DNA of 64,000 nucleotides, from the NCBI RefSeq assembly GCF_036971445.1, contig NC_091472.1:127224001-127288000 (forward strand), given 5' to 3'. Origin of the DNA: Narcine bancroftii. Its lineage: Eukaryota. Below are positions 38,443-51,600 of the stretch, piece after piece; the stretch's first letter is position 1; each line of letters starts with the position of its first letter. Position numbers and translations under genes: made by a program. Below the pieces are notes generated by a model, which did no database searches, was not told the origin of the DNA, and worked only from the letters and a program-made list of their open reading frames with translations.

Positions 38443-38814
38443 GGGTCCCCTCCGCCCCCGCCCGGCCCGGGTCCCCTCCGCCCCCGCCCGGCCCGGGTCC
38501 CCTCCGCCCCCGCCCGGCCCGGGTCCCCTCCGCCCCCGCCCGGCCCGGGTCCCCCGCCCCCGCCCGGCCCGGGTCCCCTCCGCCCCCGCCCGGCCCGGGT
38601 CCCCTCCGCCCCCGCCCGGCCCGGGTCCCCTCCGCCCCCGCCCGGCCCGGGTCCCCTCCGCCCCCGCCCGGCCCGGGTCCCCTCCGCCCCCGCCCGGCCC
38701 GGGTCCCCTCCGCCCCCGCCCGGCCCGGGTCCCCTCCGCCCCCGCCCGGCCCGGGTCCCCTCCGCCCCCGCCCGGCCCGGGTCCCCTCCGCCCCCGCCCG
38801 GCCCGGGTCCCCTC
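38443..38814. repeat. GC-rich minisatellite, 26-bp unit, about 14 copies
   Basis: Unit GGGTCCCCTCCGCCCCCGCCCGGCCC; near-perfect copies, one with a 2-nt deletion. Confidence 0.95.
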
Positions 38815-38859
38815 GACTCTCCACCGCGTTCTCCCTGCTGGCAGTCAGCCCCACCGTAC

Positions 38860-39060
38860 CTTGTGACCGGCCCGGCTACCTGCTCTCAGGGGTCCCACCT
38901 GGAGCCGCGGTCCGTCCTCCCGAGCCTCGCCAACACGGTGCAGGCTTCAAAACAAAACTTCGAGACACCGAGTTCTTCCGACTTCGAGCCGGAAACCTGT
39001 TGAAAGATGGTCCTTGAAGCTGCAGCAGAGAGTCCCAGTCCCAGACTCGCTCAAACAGGA
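38860..39060 (-). other. Putative non-coding first exon of the RABGEF1-like gene in a CpG-rich region
   Basis: CpG-rich. Donor AAG|gtacgg at 38860, with an alternative CAG|gtagcc at 38880. Coding exon 1 has an acceptor 1 nt before its ATG, so an upstream exon is needed. The 5' boundary is uncertain. Confidence 0.6.
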
Positions 39061-39094
39061 AATTGCCCAATGCACATTAATCAGTAACAGTGTC

Positions 39095-39574
39095 TGTCAG
39101 AAATAAAACTTCTCACACATGAGTCTCTTTAAAACTGATGACACGACAAGCTTTATTTACAAGTCTGCAGAGTTGGACTCAACTGGCTTCTCACCAGTTA
39201 AGCCCCGATACATACAGTGCATTGATTTTTATACCCTTATTGTTTGCCCTTCCCCTTCTTATTAATACTGTTTTAATTGGTTAGTATTACAAAAGCATTC
39301 TAAGTATAACTGCATTTTTAATTATCACGTTCGTTACGTACGCTGCGAACTCTACATACACTAAATTCTGTTTCTCACCCTTCTTATCAATCTTTTCTCT
39401 CCTGCATGTCTCTCACTATGACCATGAAAAGATATGTTTTAAAAAAAACATATCCAGCTGAACCTTTTGTCCTTGGCTGCTAGTAAGCTCCCTGTCCGTT
39501 CTGGCTTCCCTTTTTATGATTAATCATCACATTTTAACTTAAGCCATTTTAACCTAAATTCTCTATATATAACA
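39095..39574 (-). mobile_element. Solo LTR (480 bp) immediately upstream of the first exon
   Basis: TG...CA ends; perfect 5-bp TSD GTGTC (39090-39094 / 39575-39579); on the minus strand CCAAT (39276-39280), TATAAAA (39227-39233), AATAAA (39152-39157). Confidence 0.88.
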
Positions 39575-39667
39575 GTGTCGGCGCTCAGGGGAGCAGTGAG
39601 GCCACTCCTGGAACACACCTCAGGACTTTCTGCTTGATTCGAGACCGGTCTCATGTTGGATACTGTT

Positions 39668-40235
39668 TACTCTAACATAAACATAACGTAACAATTACAG
39701 CACGGAAACAGGCCATTAGGCCCTTCTAGTCCGCACCGAACCAAACACCCCTCTCTAGTCCCACCTCCCTCCATCTTCTTCTCATCCATATACCTGCCCA
39801 ACCTTTTCTTAAATAATACAATTGACTCCGCCGCCACTATTTCTCCCGGAAGATCATTCCACACGGCTACCACTCTCTAAGTAAAGAAGTTCCCCCTCAT
39901 GTTACCTCTAAACCTCTGCCCCTTAATTCTTAACTCATGTCCTCTTGTTTTAATCTTTCCTCCTCTTAACGGAAATAGTCTATCAACATCCATTCTGTCT
40001 ATCCCTTTCATAATCTTAAATACTTCTATCAAATCCCCTCTCAACCTTCTACGCTCCAAAGAATAAAGACCCAATCTGTCCAATCTCTCCCCATACTCCA
40101 GATGCTTAAACCCAGGCAACATTCTGGTAAACCTTCTCTGCACTCTCTCCACTCTGTTTATATCCTTCCCATAATTAGGCGACCAGAACTGCACACAGAA
40201 CTCCAAATTAGGACGCACCAACGTCTTATACAAGT
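39668..40235 (-). mobile_element. Young CR1 3' fragment
   Basis: Intact frame LYKTLVRPNLEFCVQFWSP...LERRRLRGDLIEVFKIMKG...TRGHEL; CR1 tail. Confidence 0.92.
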
Positions 40236-42379
40236 GCCTGTCCCCAACATTTCGTAAAAAATCTAAAGAGCAGATTTTTAACAAGTGTTTTAATATGCAG
40301 AAATCGTCTGATGTGACCCAAAGGGAGAGGGTCTCTCCCTGAATAGGACCCCCACCCACCATGACAGCCTCCCAGTTAGAGGGCAACTGTGGAACAAGAT
40401 TTAAGGGGGCGGGGGTGGGGGGGGAATCACACAAGAAAAGGTGTCTAACAAACAACGAGATTCTGGAAGAACTCGGGGGATCAGGCAGCACCCACGGGTA
40501 GAAATGGTCAGTCAACATTCTGGGTCAGGACCCTCTTGAGAGAGTTTAAAGGAGCTCAGTCATTCAGAGACAGCAGGGTCGTGCTACAGTCTGCCGACTG
40601 TTAGCTGAGGACTCCAACGTAATTTATATGAACCTTCCTATTATAATAACCAGTTTCCCAAAAAGTCAACTTTTCCATCACGGGATCTTTACTTGCCTTT
40701 AATAAATTAGATTTTTTTAAAAACCAAAAAATACTTTATTCACAATAAATTATTTACAAACAAGAAAACCGTTCAAGTCTTTTTACACTCAAGACGTCAG
40801 GCTTATCGATACATTCTCATAAATGTACATTGTTACATTTGTCCTCACAATACCCCATTACCACCACTGTGGCACCTTGTCATTCACCCCACCCTCCCCT
40901 CCGTCTCAGCCTGGATCACAGAATTTACTTTGCTGCCATGTAAACTATCAAGAATGCAAGTAACACGTGACTACAGATCAGCAGTCTCCCTCAGACTTAC
41001 TGAAAGCAAAAACAACTAAAGGTCACTTATTCAATCTTCTGTCTAAATTACTATTCTAGGCAATGAGATAGCATATTTCAATGTTCCCCTTCACCTCCCC
41101 ACACATTTCTCAGCTTTGCCAAAAGCTCCAGCATTAATATGAATTCAAAAAGATTCCCTCTCCCTCACAACAAATTAATGAGCAGATTCAAACCAGCTGC
41201 AGCGAGAGGGTAATCGGGGGAAAGGGTTCTCTGAATTTAAAGAGACAGACACCAAGCCACAGCAAAACAAAATCCAAGTTACTTGCTATTATAGAAAAAA
41301 ATAGAATTGTATTTATTTGCCATATTTCTTGCCTTTTTCAGGATGTCTCCAAGCAAGAATTCACTGTCACCAGACAGTTCTACAACAGTGATTAGACTTC
41401 CACTCTCCCAATCATGAGAAAGGAAACACAGGCATCCTTCTAATAACTACTGCTGGCAAAGTGCTGATGGCTGATCTAATGAAGCGCTGATGGCTGAGCC
41501 CCCACGTCGTCATTTCCCTTCAGAAAAATGTATTGGGAGACATTTACAGGCAGTATAGTCTATCGTGGCACGGATGTTGCACCGAAGGCAGCGAGATGGC
41601 GCTAGAGGTCGAACATATAATGTTTCCATATTGGAAACATAGAGGCCACTTTGCACATCAAGACGATCCTGGTTCTCAAAGCAATCTAAACAATGCCCTT
41701 TGCTCACTTTTTCCCTGTAACCCATACTTTCCCACATATCATCAATATCCCCATTTGATTCTCCTCTCACCTACTTATACCAGGGGAAATTCCCTGTAGC
41801 CCGTTGACCTACTGGGACATGGAAGGAAACTGGAGCATCTGGTCACAGAAAGTACTCAACATCAGGATCAAATTTAGGATGCTGGAACTGAGGTAAACTT
41901 CCTAACTCCTTAGAATCTCCCTGCACATCCCTGTTTCTTTATCTATGTTGTTGGTATTATTATGGACCACAACCTCTGGACTTTTCTTCCAGAATTTCCT
42001 GCTTCCTCTCGATCCTATTGCCAGGAATGGGGTGGGTGGTGGGGGGGGGGGGAAGGATTATAGGTTGCAGGACTTGGCCTGTTAGAAACTTCAATTGTGA
42101 TATAATTATTTAAATTTATGCAAAGCTCATTCATAAAAAGATTTAATGATATATACTCAACCTTCTGCTGAGGTCTCTTAATCACTCTTTGTCACTAGTG
42201 CCTAGTGCTTTAGAACAATTGGTAAAAGGTGAATTAGCTCTCTGTGTGACATCATAACTACAACTAATGAATTCTGCACTGCGATTCGACACTGTAATAA
42301 AAGCAGAATGGAACTTGAGGGGAGAATTCTACAATAACCCAATGATCTTAGTTACAAAGAGTATGAGAGAGAGAACGAA

Positions 42380-45300
42380 GGAAACAGAACATTACAGCTC
42401 AGTACAGGCTCTTTGGCCTTCAATATTGTGCCGACCTATATATTCCTAACAAAAAAAGTATTAAACCCTTCCTACCCCATAGCCCTCTATTTTTCTTTCA
42501 TCCATGTGCCTGTCCAGGAGTCTCTTAAATGCCCCTTATGTTTCAGCCTCCATCACCACCCCAGGCAAGGCATTCCAGGTACCCACATTCTTTGTGTAAA
42601 AAAACACCCCTGATGTAAGAAACTTACCCCTTAAACCTTCTCCATTCACTTGGTAGAAATGTCCCCTGGTGTTTGCTCTTCCTGCCCTGGGAGAAAAGTG
42701 CTGGCTGCCCACCTTGTCTATGCCTCTCAGAATCTTATCTCCTCTGCACCCTCTCCATAGCTTCCACATCATACCTATAATGAGGTGACCAAAAGTGAAC
42801 ACAGTACTCTAAGTGTGATCTCATCAGAGATTTGTAGAGTTTCAACATAATCTTTTGACTCAAACTCAGTCCCCCATTAACAAAGCTCAACATCCCATAG
42901 GCTTTCTTAACTATCCTATCAATCTGCACGGCAACCTTGAGAGATGTATAGATTTGGACCCCAGGATCTCTCTGTTCTTCCACATTGTTAAATATCTGAC
43001 CATGAACCCTGTATTTGACCTTACAAAATGCATCATTTCACACGTATCCAGATTGAACTCTTTCTGCCCCCACTTTTCTGTCTAACTCTGCATTCTGTCT
43101 ATATCCTTTTGTGACCTACAACAACCTTCAGCATCATCCACAACTCCTCAAAGCTTCATAGCATCCACAAATTTACTGAACTATCCTCCACCTCTTCATC
43201 TAGGTCATTTATAAAAATCACAAAGAGCAAGGGTTCAGGAACAGATCGCTGTGGAACTCCACTAGTCACTGACCTCCAGGCCAGAATATTTTCTATTCAC
43301 TACTACTCTCTGATTTCTATATGCAAGCCAATTTTTAATCCATACAGCCCAAGTTCAGTAGATTCCATGGCTCATCACTCATGGGGGACCTTTTCAAATG
43401 CCTTTCCAAAATCCATGTAGACCATATCTACTGTCCTACCTTCATCAATTTCTTTTGTTACCTCCTCAAAAAGCTCAATTAAGCTCATGAGGCATGACCT
43501 TCCCTTCACAAACCCATGCTGACTATCCTTGAGTAGACTGTACTTCTCCAAATGCTCATAGATTCTGTCCTTAAGAATCCTCTCCAATAGTTTTCCCACC
43601 ATTGACATAAAATTCACTGGTCTATAACTTGCAGGATTCTCCCTATTACCTTTTTTAACAAGGGGACCATATCTGCCATTCTCCAATCCTCCAGCACCTC
43701 CCTGGCCAAGGAGGATTCAAAGATCATAGCCATTGCTCCAGCTATCTCTTCACTTCCTTCCCACAGCAAGCTGGGGTATAGGGTGTCTGGCCCCAGGGAC
43801 CTATCAATCTTCTTATTTTTAAGAAGGTCCAATTCTTCCTCTTCCTTAATCTCAACATTGACCAGCACATAAGCCTGTTCTATTCTGACCTCACCCTGAT
43901 CAAGGTCCTTTTCTCTTGTGAATAATGAAGCAAAGTATTCATTTAGAATCTCCCCAACCTCCAGGCATGTTGCCTCCTTTATCCTTAAGCAAACCCACTT
44001 TCATTTTCATCATCCTCTGTTCTTCACATACACATAGAATGCCTTGGGGTTCTCCTTAATCCTACTGCCAAGGCCTTCTCATGCCCCCTTCAAGCTCTCC
44101 TAAATCCTTTCATTTTTTTGTGATAATTTATTTATCATTTTAATATATTTAACAATCAACAATCATACCAAATGTAAAACATCAAGAAAGCCCCTCAACA
44201 TTGAGGGTCCCTCCACCCCCTCCCCTCGATATGTCCTATTAAACAGAGAAAGAACAAAGAAAAAACAGATCATCCCATTGTCAGTGTGTGCAGTAAAACA
44301 TATGGAGACACATTATTACCACATTGTTAAAATCTTTACAGAAGTCTGCTGGCTAGCCAGTTGCGATTGTAACTCCATATTGGTGCTGGTGAGGTACCTA
44401 TATGCTCTAAATAAGGCTGCCAGATTTTTAGAGAAGTGTTATATTCCTTCCTGAGATTGTATGTGACCTATTTAAGTGGGATGCAACTATTCATCTCTGA
44501 AGACCACCTATATATGAGTAGATTGAATCAGACTTCCATGTTACTGCTATGAACTTCCTGGCCACACATAAAGCAATTTTGGTGAATTTAATTTGAGAAT
44601 TAGTTCGTGATCTACTAACCATGGTAAAGTTCCCCAGAAGAAAGCTCTATGTCTACTGGGAAGGTGACTACCATGATCTTGATTAGGGTATTACAGAGGT
44701 CATACCAGAAGGACCTCATGTTCATGCAAAGTCAGGTAGAATGTAAAAATGAACCAACCTCTATACCACACCTAAAACACATCTCTGATAATTCAGGTTT
44801 ATATTCCTAAATCCTTTCCTAAGTTCCTTCCTGGCTACCATATAATTCTCATGAGCCCTTCCTGCTTCCTGCTTTCTAAATCTATTGTATGCTTCCTTCT
44901 TAAATAGCTGCCTCACCTTCTTTGTCAACCACTGTTCCCTTTTCCTGCCATCCTTTCCCTGTCCCAGTAGGACAAACATATCCTGAACTCAGCACAAGTG
45001 ACCCCGAAACTTCCTCTACATTAGTTCTGTGCTTTCTCCCGTAAACATCTGTTTCCAATTGAGTCTCGCTAGTTCCTGTCTCATCTCATGTAATTAACCT
45101 TTCCTCAATTAAACACTTTCATATTTTGTCTCCTTTTACCCTTGTCTATAGCTATGCTAAAGCTCAGGGAGTTGTGGTCACTGTCACCGAAATACTCCCC
45201 CACCAAGAGGTCCTCCTCCTGGCCAGGTTCATTACCCAGTACTAGATCCAGTGTGGCCTCTCCTCCTGTCAGCTGGTCCACAAACTGTGTGAGGAATCCT

Positions 45301-45480
45301 TTTTGGACCCACCTACCAAATTCAGCCCCATCTATCCCTCTTGCAGTCAGGAAGTGCCAGTCAATATTATGGGAGTTGAATTCTCCCATAACAACAACCC
45401 TGTAATTTCTGTGATATTCCAAAATCATCCTGCTTATCTGTTCCTTGGTGTCCCAAGGGCAACTTGGGGACCCATACACT
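42380..45480 (-). mobile_element. Decayed CR1 LINE (endonuclease to 3' end) with a nested L1
   Basis: TLDLVLGNEP, DSDHNS, SYRPVN, SQHGFVKGRSC, MDFGKAFEKVPH fragments. Confidence 0.9.
44112..44804 (-). mobile_element. 5'-truncated L1 3' end nested in CR1
   Basis: 14-bp TSD TCCTAAATCCTTTC (44098-44111 / 44805-44818); poly(T) at the left end; ORF2 C-terminal remnants. Confidence 0.85.
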
Positions 45481-45491
45481 ACTCTCTTCCT

Positions 45492-48400
45492 ATTTTTTAA
45501 AAAATGCTTTAAAAAAAATGTTCATTAAAAATTTAACAATTATAACATTTCAATAAAAATATACATAAACTATATGTATATGTATATAAAAAATATATAA
45601 AATTTTATATAAAACAAAAAAAATCACACATACAAAAAACCCTAACTCTAGCCACTTCTGTTCCCCCCCCCCCCCCCCCCACTTTATTAAATACCTTTTC
45701 GTACACCTTCAGAGCTCACAGTTTAAATTAACCTCACGATTCAGGGAGAGATCACTTTTTAAATTTAGCAACATTATTAGAATTGGGTACCAACATGTTC
45801 AAATATGGTCGCCATATTTTATCATACTTGTTCCTTAAATTGTATGTTATCCATTGGAGCGCTTACATCCCTAACGTCGAAGTACTCGAGATGGCAGAGG
45901 TCGACAGCATCGAGTCCACGCTGCTGAAGATCCAGCTGCGCTGGATGGGTCACGTCTCCAGAATGGAGGACCATCGCCTTCCCAAGATCGTGTTATATGG
46001 CGAGCTCTCCACTGGCCACCGTGACAGAGGTGCACCAAAGAAAAGGTACAAGGACTGCCTAAAGAAATCTCTTGGTGCCTGCCACATTGACCACCGCCAG
46101 TGGGCTGATAACGCCTCAAACCGTGCATTTTGGCGCCTCACAGTTTGGTGGGCAGCAACCTCCTTTGAAGAAGACCGCAGAGCCCACCTCACTGACAAAA
46201 GGCAAAGGAGGAAAAACCCAACACCCAACCCCAACCAACCAATTTTCCCCTGCAACCGCTGCAATCGTGTCTGCCTGTCCCGCATCGGACTTGTCAGCCA
46301 CAAACGAGCCTGCAGCTGACGTGGACTTTTTACCCCCTCCATAAATCTTCGTCCGCGAAGCCAAGCCAAAGAAGAAGAAGAAGATGTTATTTTTTCCATT
46401 GGTATACAACTATCCATCTCTGCTCTCCAACTCGCCAAGATAACTGGAGAGTCCGATTTCCACGTGATTGTAATGCACTCTTTGGCCACTGCTAGTGTAA
46501 TTTTAACAAATGAAATTTGAAACTCTGTAATTACAGATTATTACTTATGTCTATAAAATTGCCTAACAAATAAAGTTCTGGATCACCTGGGAAGGTCACC
46601 CTTGTAATTATTGTTAATAATTCTGAAATTTCTTGCCAAAAAGATCTAACCTTCACACATGACCAAGTTGAATGAAAGAATGTTCCTTCCTCTATTTCAC
46701 AACTAAAACACAGTTCTGGCATTTCTGGCTTAGATCTGTGCAACTTCTGTGGAGTGAGATACAGCTGATGTAAAAAAATTATATTGAACCAACTCATATT
46801 TTGCATTAATAGTTAAAGTTACACTAACCACACACCATTCAGACCAGGATTGTTCTGGTATTGCAACACCTAAGTCGGACTCCCACCTTTCTCTTGATCT
46901 CTGCAGATCAGGTTTAGCACTTTCTAACTGAATAGCAAATTACATTCTGGTAATAAATTTGGGCATGTTACCCATCCAAAGCATTCATCCCATTTCACTA
47001 ACTCCCAAAGGAGTTAATGCCTGTCCCCATCGTTCCCTTAAGAAAGCTCTCAGTTGAAGAAAACATAAAAAAGTTCCATTAGGTACACCATAGGTCTGTC
47101 TCATTTTTTCAAATGACATTAAAACACCATCTTTATAACTGTCCGCTATACACTGTATACCCTTTTGTAACCATATGTTTGAAATTCTGTTACCTATATT
47201 CGTAGGATATGGAGCTCTTAGCGAAATGCACACTTTTTTTTCTGACACATTAATTAATTTCTTGCCATATTTTTACCATATGTACCAAGCTAAGATCACT
47301 TGTCTTCCTTTTTATTGATTTAATGCTCCATTTATAAATAAAGTCTTTAGCTTTTGGTTCATTCATGGAATGTAGCCCCATATAAACTCAGCTTAGTGAA
47401 TTCCTTTCAAAAGAAATGCTAAAACTCTTGCTTGTGCAGCCAGATAATATTTTTTAAAGTCTGAAATTCTCAGCCCTCCTAATTTATAATCCCAGGTTAG
47501 TTTTTTCAACGCAATTCTTGGCACTTTGTTATTCCATAAGAACTGTCTTACTTGATTGTTTAACAATTTGAAAAAATTCTTCGGTAAAGCTCTAGGTCAT
47601 AATCAGAACAAGTATTGAAGTCTCGGCATCACTTTCATCTCTACCCAACTCTCTCTTCCTACTAGTGTTATCGGTAAATCCTTCCATTTTTGTAAGTCTT
47701 GTTCTATTTTACTAATCAGAGGAACATAATTAAGCTGAAACAAATTTTGTAAATTGTTCTTTGTTACTACTTGCAAATATTTAACCCATCTGTTTTCCAT
47801 TTAAACCTGCTGCCTCTTTTATATCTTTCATGGTCTTGGTTTGTTAAGGGCATTATTTCACTTTTGTCTATATTAACCTTATAACCAGAAACTCTACCAT
47901 ATTTTCTGAGAGTCTCCTGTAACTTTTCTAAGGACCCTTCTGGATCTGACAAATATAATAATACATCATCCCAAAATAAACTAATTTTATGCTCATCTTG
48001 TCCGATCACCAAGTCCTTATTTTCAGGATCTCTTCTAATAACTTCAGCGAGATGTTCAATTGCTATAATAAACAATGCTGGAGACAGAGGACATCATTGC
48101 CTACTCGACCTACTCAAAGGGAACACTGTCGACATTTGACTATTCATAATTATCTTTGCCTACGGACTGTGATATACTGCCTTAATCTGATTAATAAATC
48201 CCCTTCCTACACCAAATTTCTCCAATGTTTCAAACAAAAACAGCAATTCTAATCAGTCGAATGTCTTTTCTGCATCCAGAGAAATTTATACTTGGATTAT
48301 ACCCCGATTTTGCCATGTGTATTATTTTAAACAGTCTAGCTAGATTATTCGGTAAATGTCTACCCTTTACAAATCCCACCTGGTCCGGATGTATTAACTT

Positions 48401-48660
48401 TGGTAGATATTTCCCCAATCTATTGACTAACTTTTTGCTACAATTTTATAGTCAGCATTAAGAGAAATTGGCCTATATGACGGCATTTTTGATGGATCTC
48501 TATTCTTTTTGGGTAATACCATAATTATCGCCATTGAAAAAGATTCCGGAAGTGTCTGTGTCTCCACTGCTTGATCCAATTCATCAATCAGTAATGGCAT
48601 TAACATATCTTTAAATTCTTTATAGAACTCAGGTGGAAACCCATACTCTCCCGGAGACTT
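45492..48660 (-). mobile_element. 5'-truncated L1/Tx1 LINE (RT to 3' end)
   Basis: SPGEYGFPPEFYK, SYRPISL, LIHPDQVGFVKGR, ISLFWDDVLL, CIPMEKITYNL; A-rich tail. Confidence 0.9.
45851..46383 (+). mobile_element. RTE (BovB-like) LINE 3' fragment
   Basis: QLRWMGHVSRMEDHRLPKIVLYGEL...CNRCNRVCLSRIGLVSH; (GAA)n tail; TSD ATGTTAT. Confidence 0.92.
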
Positions 48661-51600
48661 GTAAACTTGCCAGTGAGGGATGGGAAGGCCCATGGATATT
48701 AAGGCTAGTAGTACTGCCTTCCAGACCATGCAGTTCTCCTGCTCCACCTGGCCATTCCTTTTGGAGTTATAGCTGGTGGTCCGGCTAGAGGCAATGCCCT
48801 TGGACAAGAAATATTGCTGCAGCTCGTCGTTCATGAAGGACAAACCCCTATCGATGTAGCAGGGGTATCTAAAAATAGTGAACAGGTTGTTCATAGCCTT
48901 TATGATGGTAGCTACAGACACGTCCAGGCATGGGATGGCAAAGGGGAACCGTGAGTACTCATTGATGATGTTGATGAAGTATACGTTGCAGTTCATGGAG
49001 GGCAGGGGTCCTTTGAAGTCCATACTCAGACATTCAAAGGTGTGACTGATCGGGATGGTAGAAGCACGGTTTGCACTCCGCACAGACCCAGCAATTTTTG
49101 ATCAGCGTCCTGATGTCCTCAGTGGAGTTGGGAGATTATGGGCCTTGGTGAAGTGAAAAAAACGGGTGATCCCAAGGTGGCAGAGTCTGTCGTGCAGTGC
49201 CTGCAACTGGTCCATCTGTGCACTGGCGCAAATGCCCCGAGACAGGGTGTCCAAGAGCACATTGAGCTTTCCGAGCCAGTACAGAATGTCATAATTGTAG
49301 GTGGAGAGCTCAATTCTCCACCTCAGGATTTTGTTGTTTTTGATTTTACCCCACTGCTGATTGTTGAACATGAAGGTGACTGCCCATTGGTCAGTCAGCA
49401 GGGTAAAATGGTTACCAGTGAGGTAATGTCTCCACTTCAAAAATAGCCTGGGTCTCTTTCTTGATGGAAGAGTGCCGGAACTCAGGGCCCTGGAGGGTGC
49501 ACAATAAAACTCTACAGGCCTGATGGCCTGGTTAAGTGTGGCCATCAAGGCAAAGTTTGATGCATCACTCTCCACCTGGAACGGGATGGATTCATCCATT
49601 TTGTGCATCGTGGCCTTTGCAATGTCGGCTTTGATATAGTAGAATGCCTCGCGGGCTTCTGCCGACGGGGAAAATGATGGCCTTGATGAGGGGTCGGGCC
49701 TTCTCTGTGTAGCTGGGGACCCATTGAGCGTAATAAGAGAAAAACCCGAGGCACCTTTTCAGGGCCTTGAGGTATTTGGGAAGTAGAAGTTCTAACAGGG
49801 AGTGAATGCGGTCAGGTTCGGGGCTGATGACTCCATTCTCCACAACACAGCCTAGTATAGCCAGGTTATGTGTGCTGAAAACACACTTCCCTGTGTTGTA
49901 CGTCAGATTGAGGCGTTTTGCGGCGTGGATGAATTTTTGGATGTTCCATTCATGGTTCTGCTGATCATGGTCGCAGATAGTAACATTGTCGAAGTATGGG
50001 AAAGTGGCCCGCAGTCTGTGTTCGCCATCATCCGATTCATCTCCCTTTAAAAGATAGACATCCCATTCATAACCTCAAAAAGGTCTCTCAGGAAATGGTA
50101 CAGTCGGCCATCTGCCTCGAAGGCAGTGTTCTGGTGGTCTTTGAGTGGATGGGGAGCTGGTGATAAACGGACTTAAGATCTTTGGTCAAGAACACCCTGT
50201 ATTGTGTGATTCAGTTCACCATGTCAGCTATGCTGGGCAGGGGGTAGGCATCCAGCTGGGTGAACTTATTGATGGTCTGGGAGTAATCGGTGACCATCTG
50301 GTATTTCTTCCCACTCTTCATCACCATTACCTGGGCTCTCCATGGGCTCATACTCTGCTCTATCACCCCTCAGCAAGGAGGCATCTTACCTCTGACTTAA
50401 AAATGCCCTGTCCCTGGCACTATATCTTCGACTTTTAGGTGCTATGGGGTTACAGTTGGAGGTGAGATTGGTGAACGGGGTGGGGGAGGGGGATCCGGAG
50501 CGTGGAGAGGCACATGTCGGCTATAGAGATTGGGTTTGAGGCTGCTGGTTGGCCCTGTGGGTTTGGGGCTGCTGGTTGGCTATGTGGTGAGAGAGGGGTG
50601 GGCAGTCCATAAAATGTTTGTTACAGACCATGAGAGGAGGGTGGAGTCCATTGTACTCCATGGTGACGCTCTTTAAGTTGCCCTGAAAGTCTAATCCCAG
50701 TAGCATGGGTGCACAGAACTGTGGCAGTACTAGGAACATAAAGTTACGGTAGACTGTGCCTTGGACAGTCAGTTTCACAGTACAACTGTCACGAACTTTA
50801 GCAGAGTGAGATTGGGATGCTAGAGAGACACTATGTTTAGCAGGCTTCACCCCAAGGGAGTAGTGCTGTACAGTGTTTGGGTGAATGAAGCTCTCAGTGC
50901 TCCCACTGTCAAATAGGCAAGTGGTGGGGCAGCTGTTTACCTGGTCATCCATCATGGCCCTGGAGAGTTGATGCGGTCTGTGTTGATTCAGGATTATCAA
51001 TGCCAGCGTCAACTCATCTTCCGAGGAGTTCCATTGGCTGCTGGCAGTCCAGTAAGATGGCAATCGAGATGGCGGCCCCCATGGTGCAAACGCAGCCCCA
51101 TCATCGTTCACTGGAAGAGAAGAGGGAGGAGATGGAAATGACATCATCGCAGTTGGTGATCTCCGTGGTGAATGTGCGCGGGCGCCCAAGGTCCTAAGAA
51201 GTGATGGCGGAAGTGACTGCATCAAAGATGGCAGCCCCACTCGCATGTGATGCTGCTGGCCTTGGGGGCTTGCTTAGACTTACAGACCTTCGCAAAGTGT
51301 CCCTTCTTCTGCAGTTGGAGCAGATGGCCTCCTTGGCAGGGCAGCATTTCCTCAGATGCTTGCCCTGCCCACAGAAGTAGCACATCGGGTGGTTACTAAC
51401 GGCAGTGGAGGTCATCTCAGGTGCCTGCATGTCTGGCTTCAGCCAAGCTTTTGTATTTTAAATGAGATGTGATGTGTAAGTATCTGTTTGTGAAGTGACC
51501 TACCCTAAATCCACCACAATCTATCTCTTTTAAAGACATATTTATATAAAATATAATATAAAAAATAACCCATAAAAACAGACTTCATTCACTGTACCTT

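Noticed and set aside
38443-38814. CRISPR-like array
   Set aside because: Head-to-tail repeats with no spacers, in a eukaryotic context.
38291-38866. Gly/Arg/Pro-rich ORFs of 187 and 156 aa
   Set aside because: Translations of the 26-bp minisatellite.
39877-40518. 213-aa ORF as a host gene
   Set aside because: The C-terminal half is CR1 RT and the N-terminal half is chance read-through.
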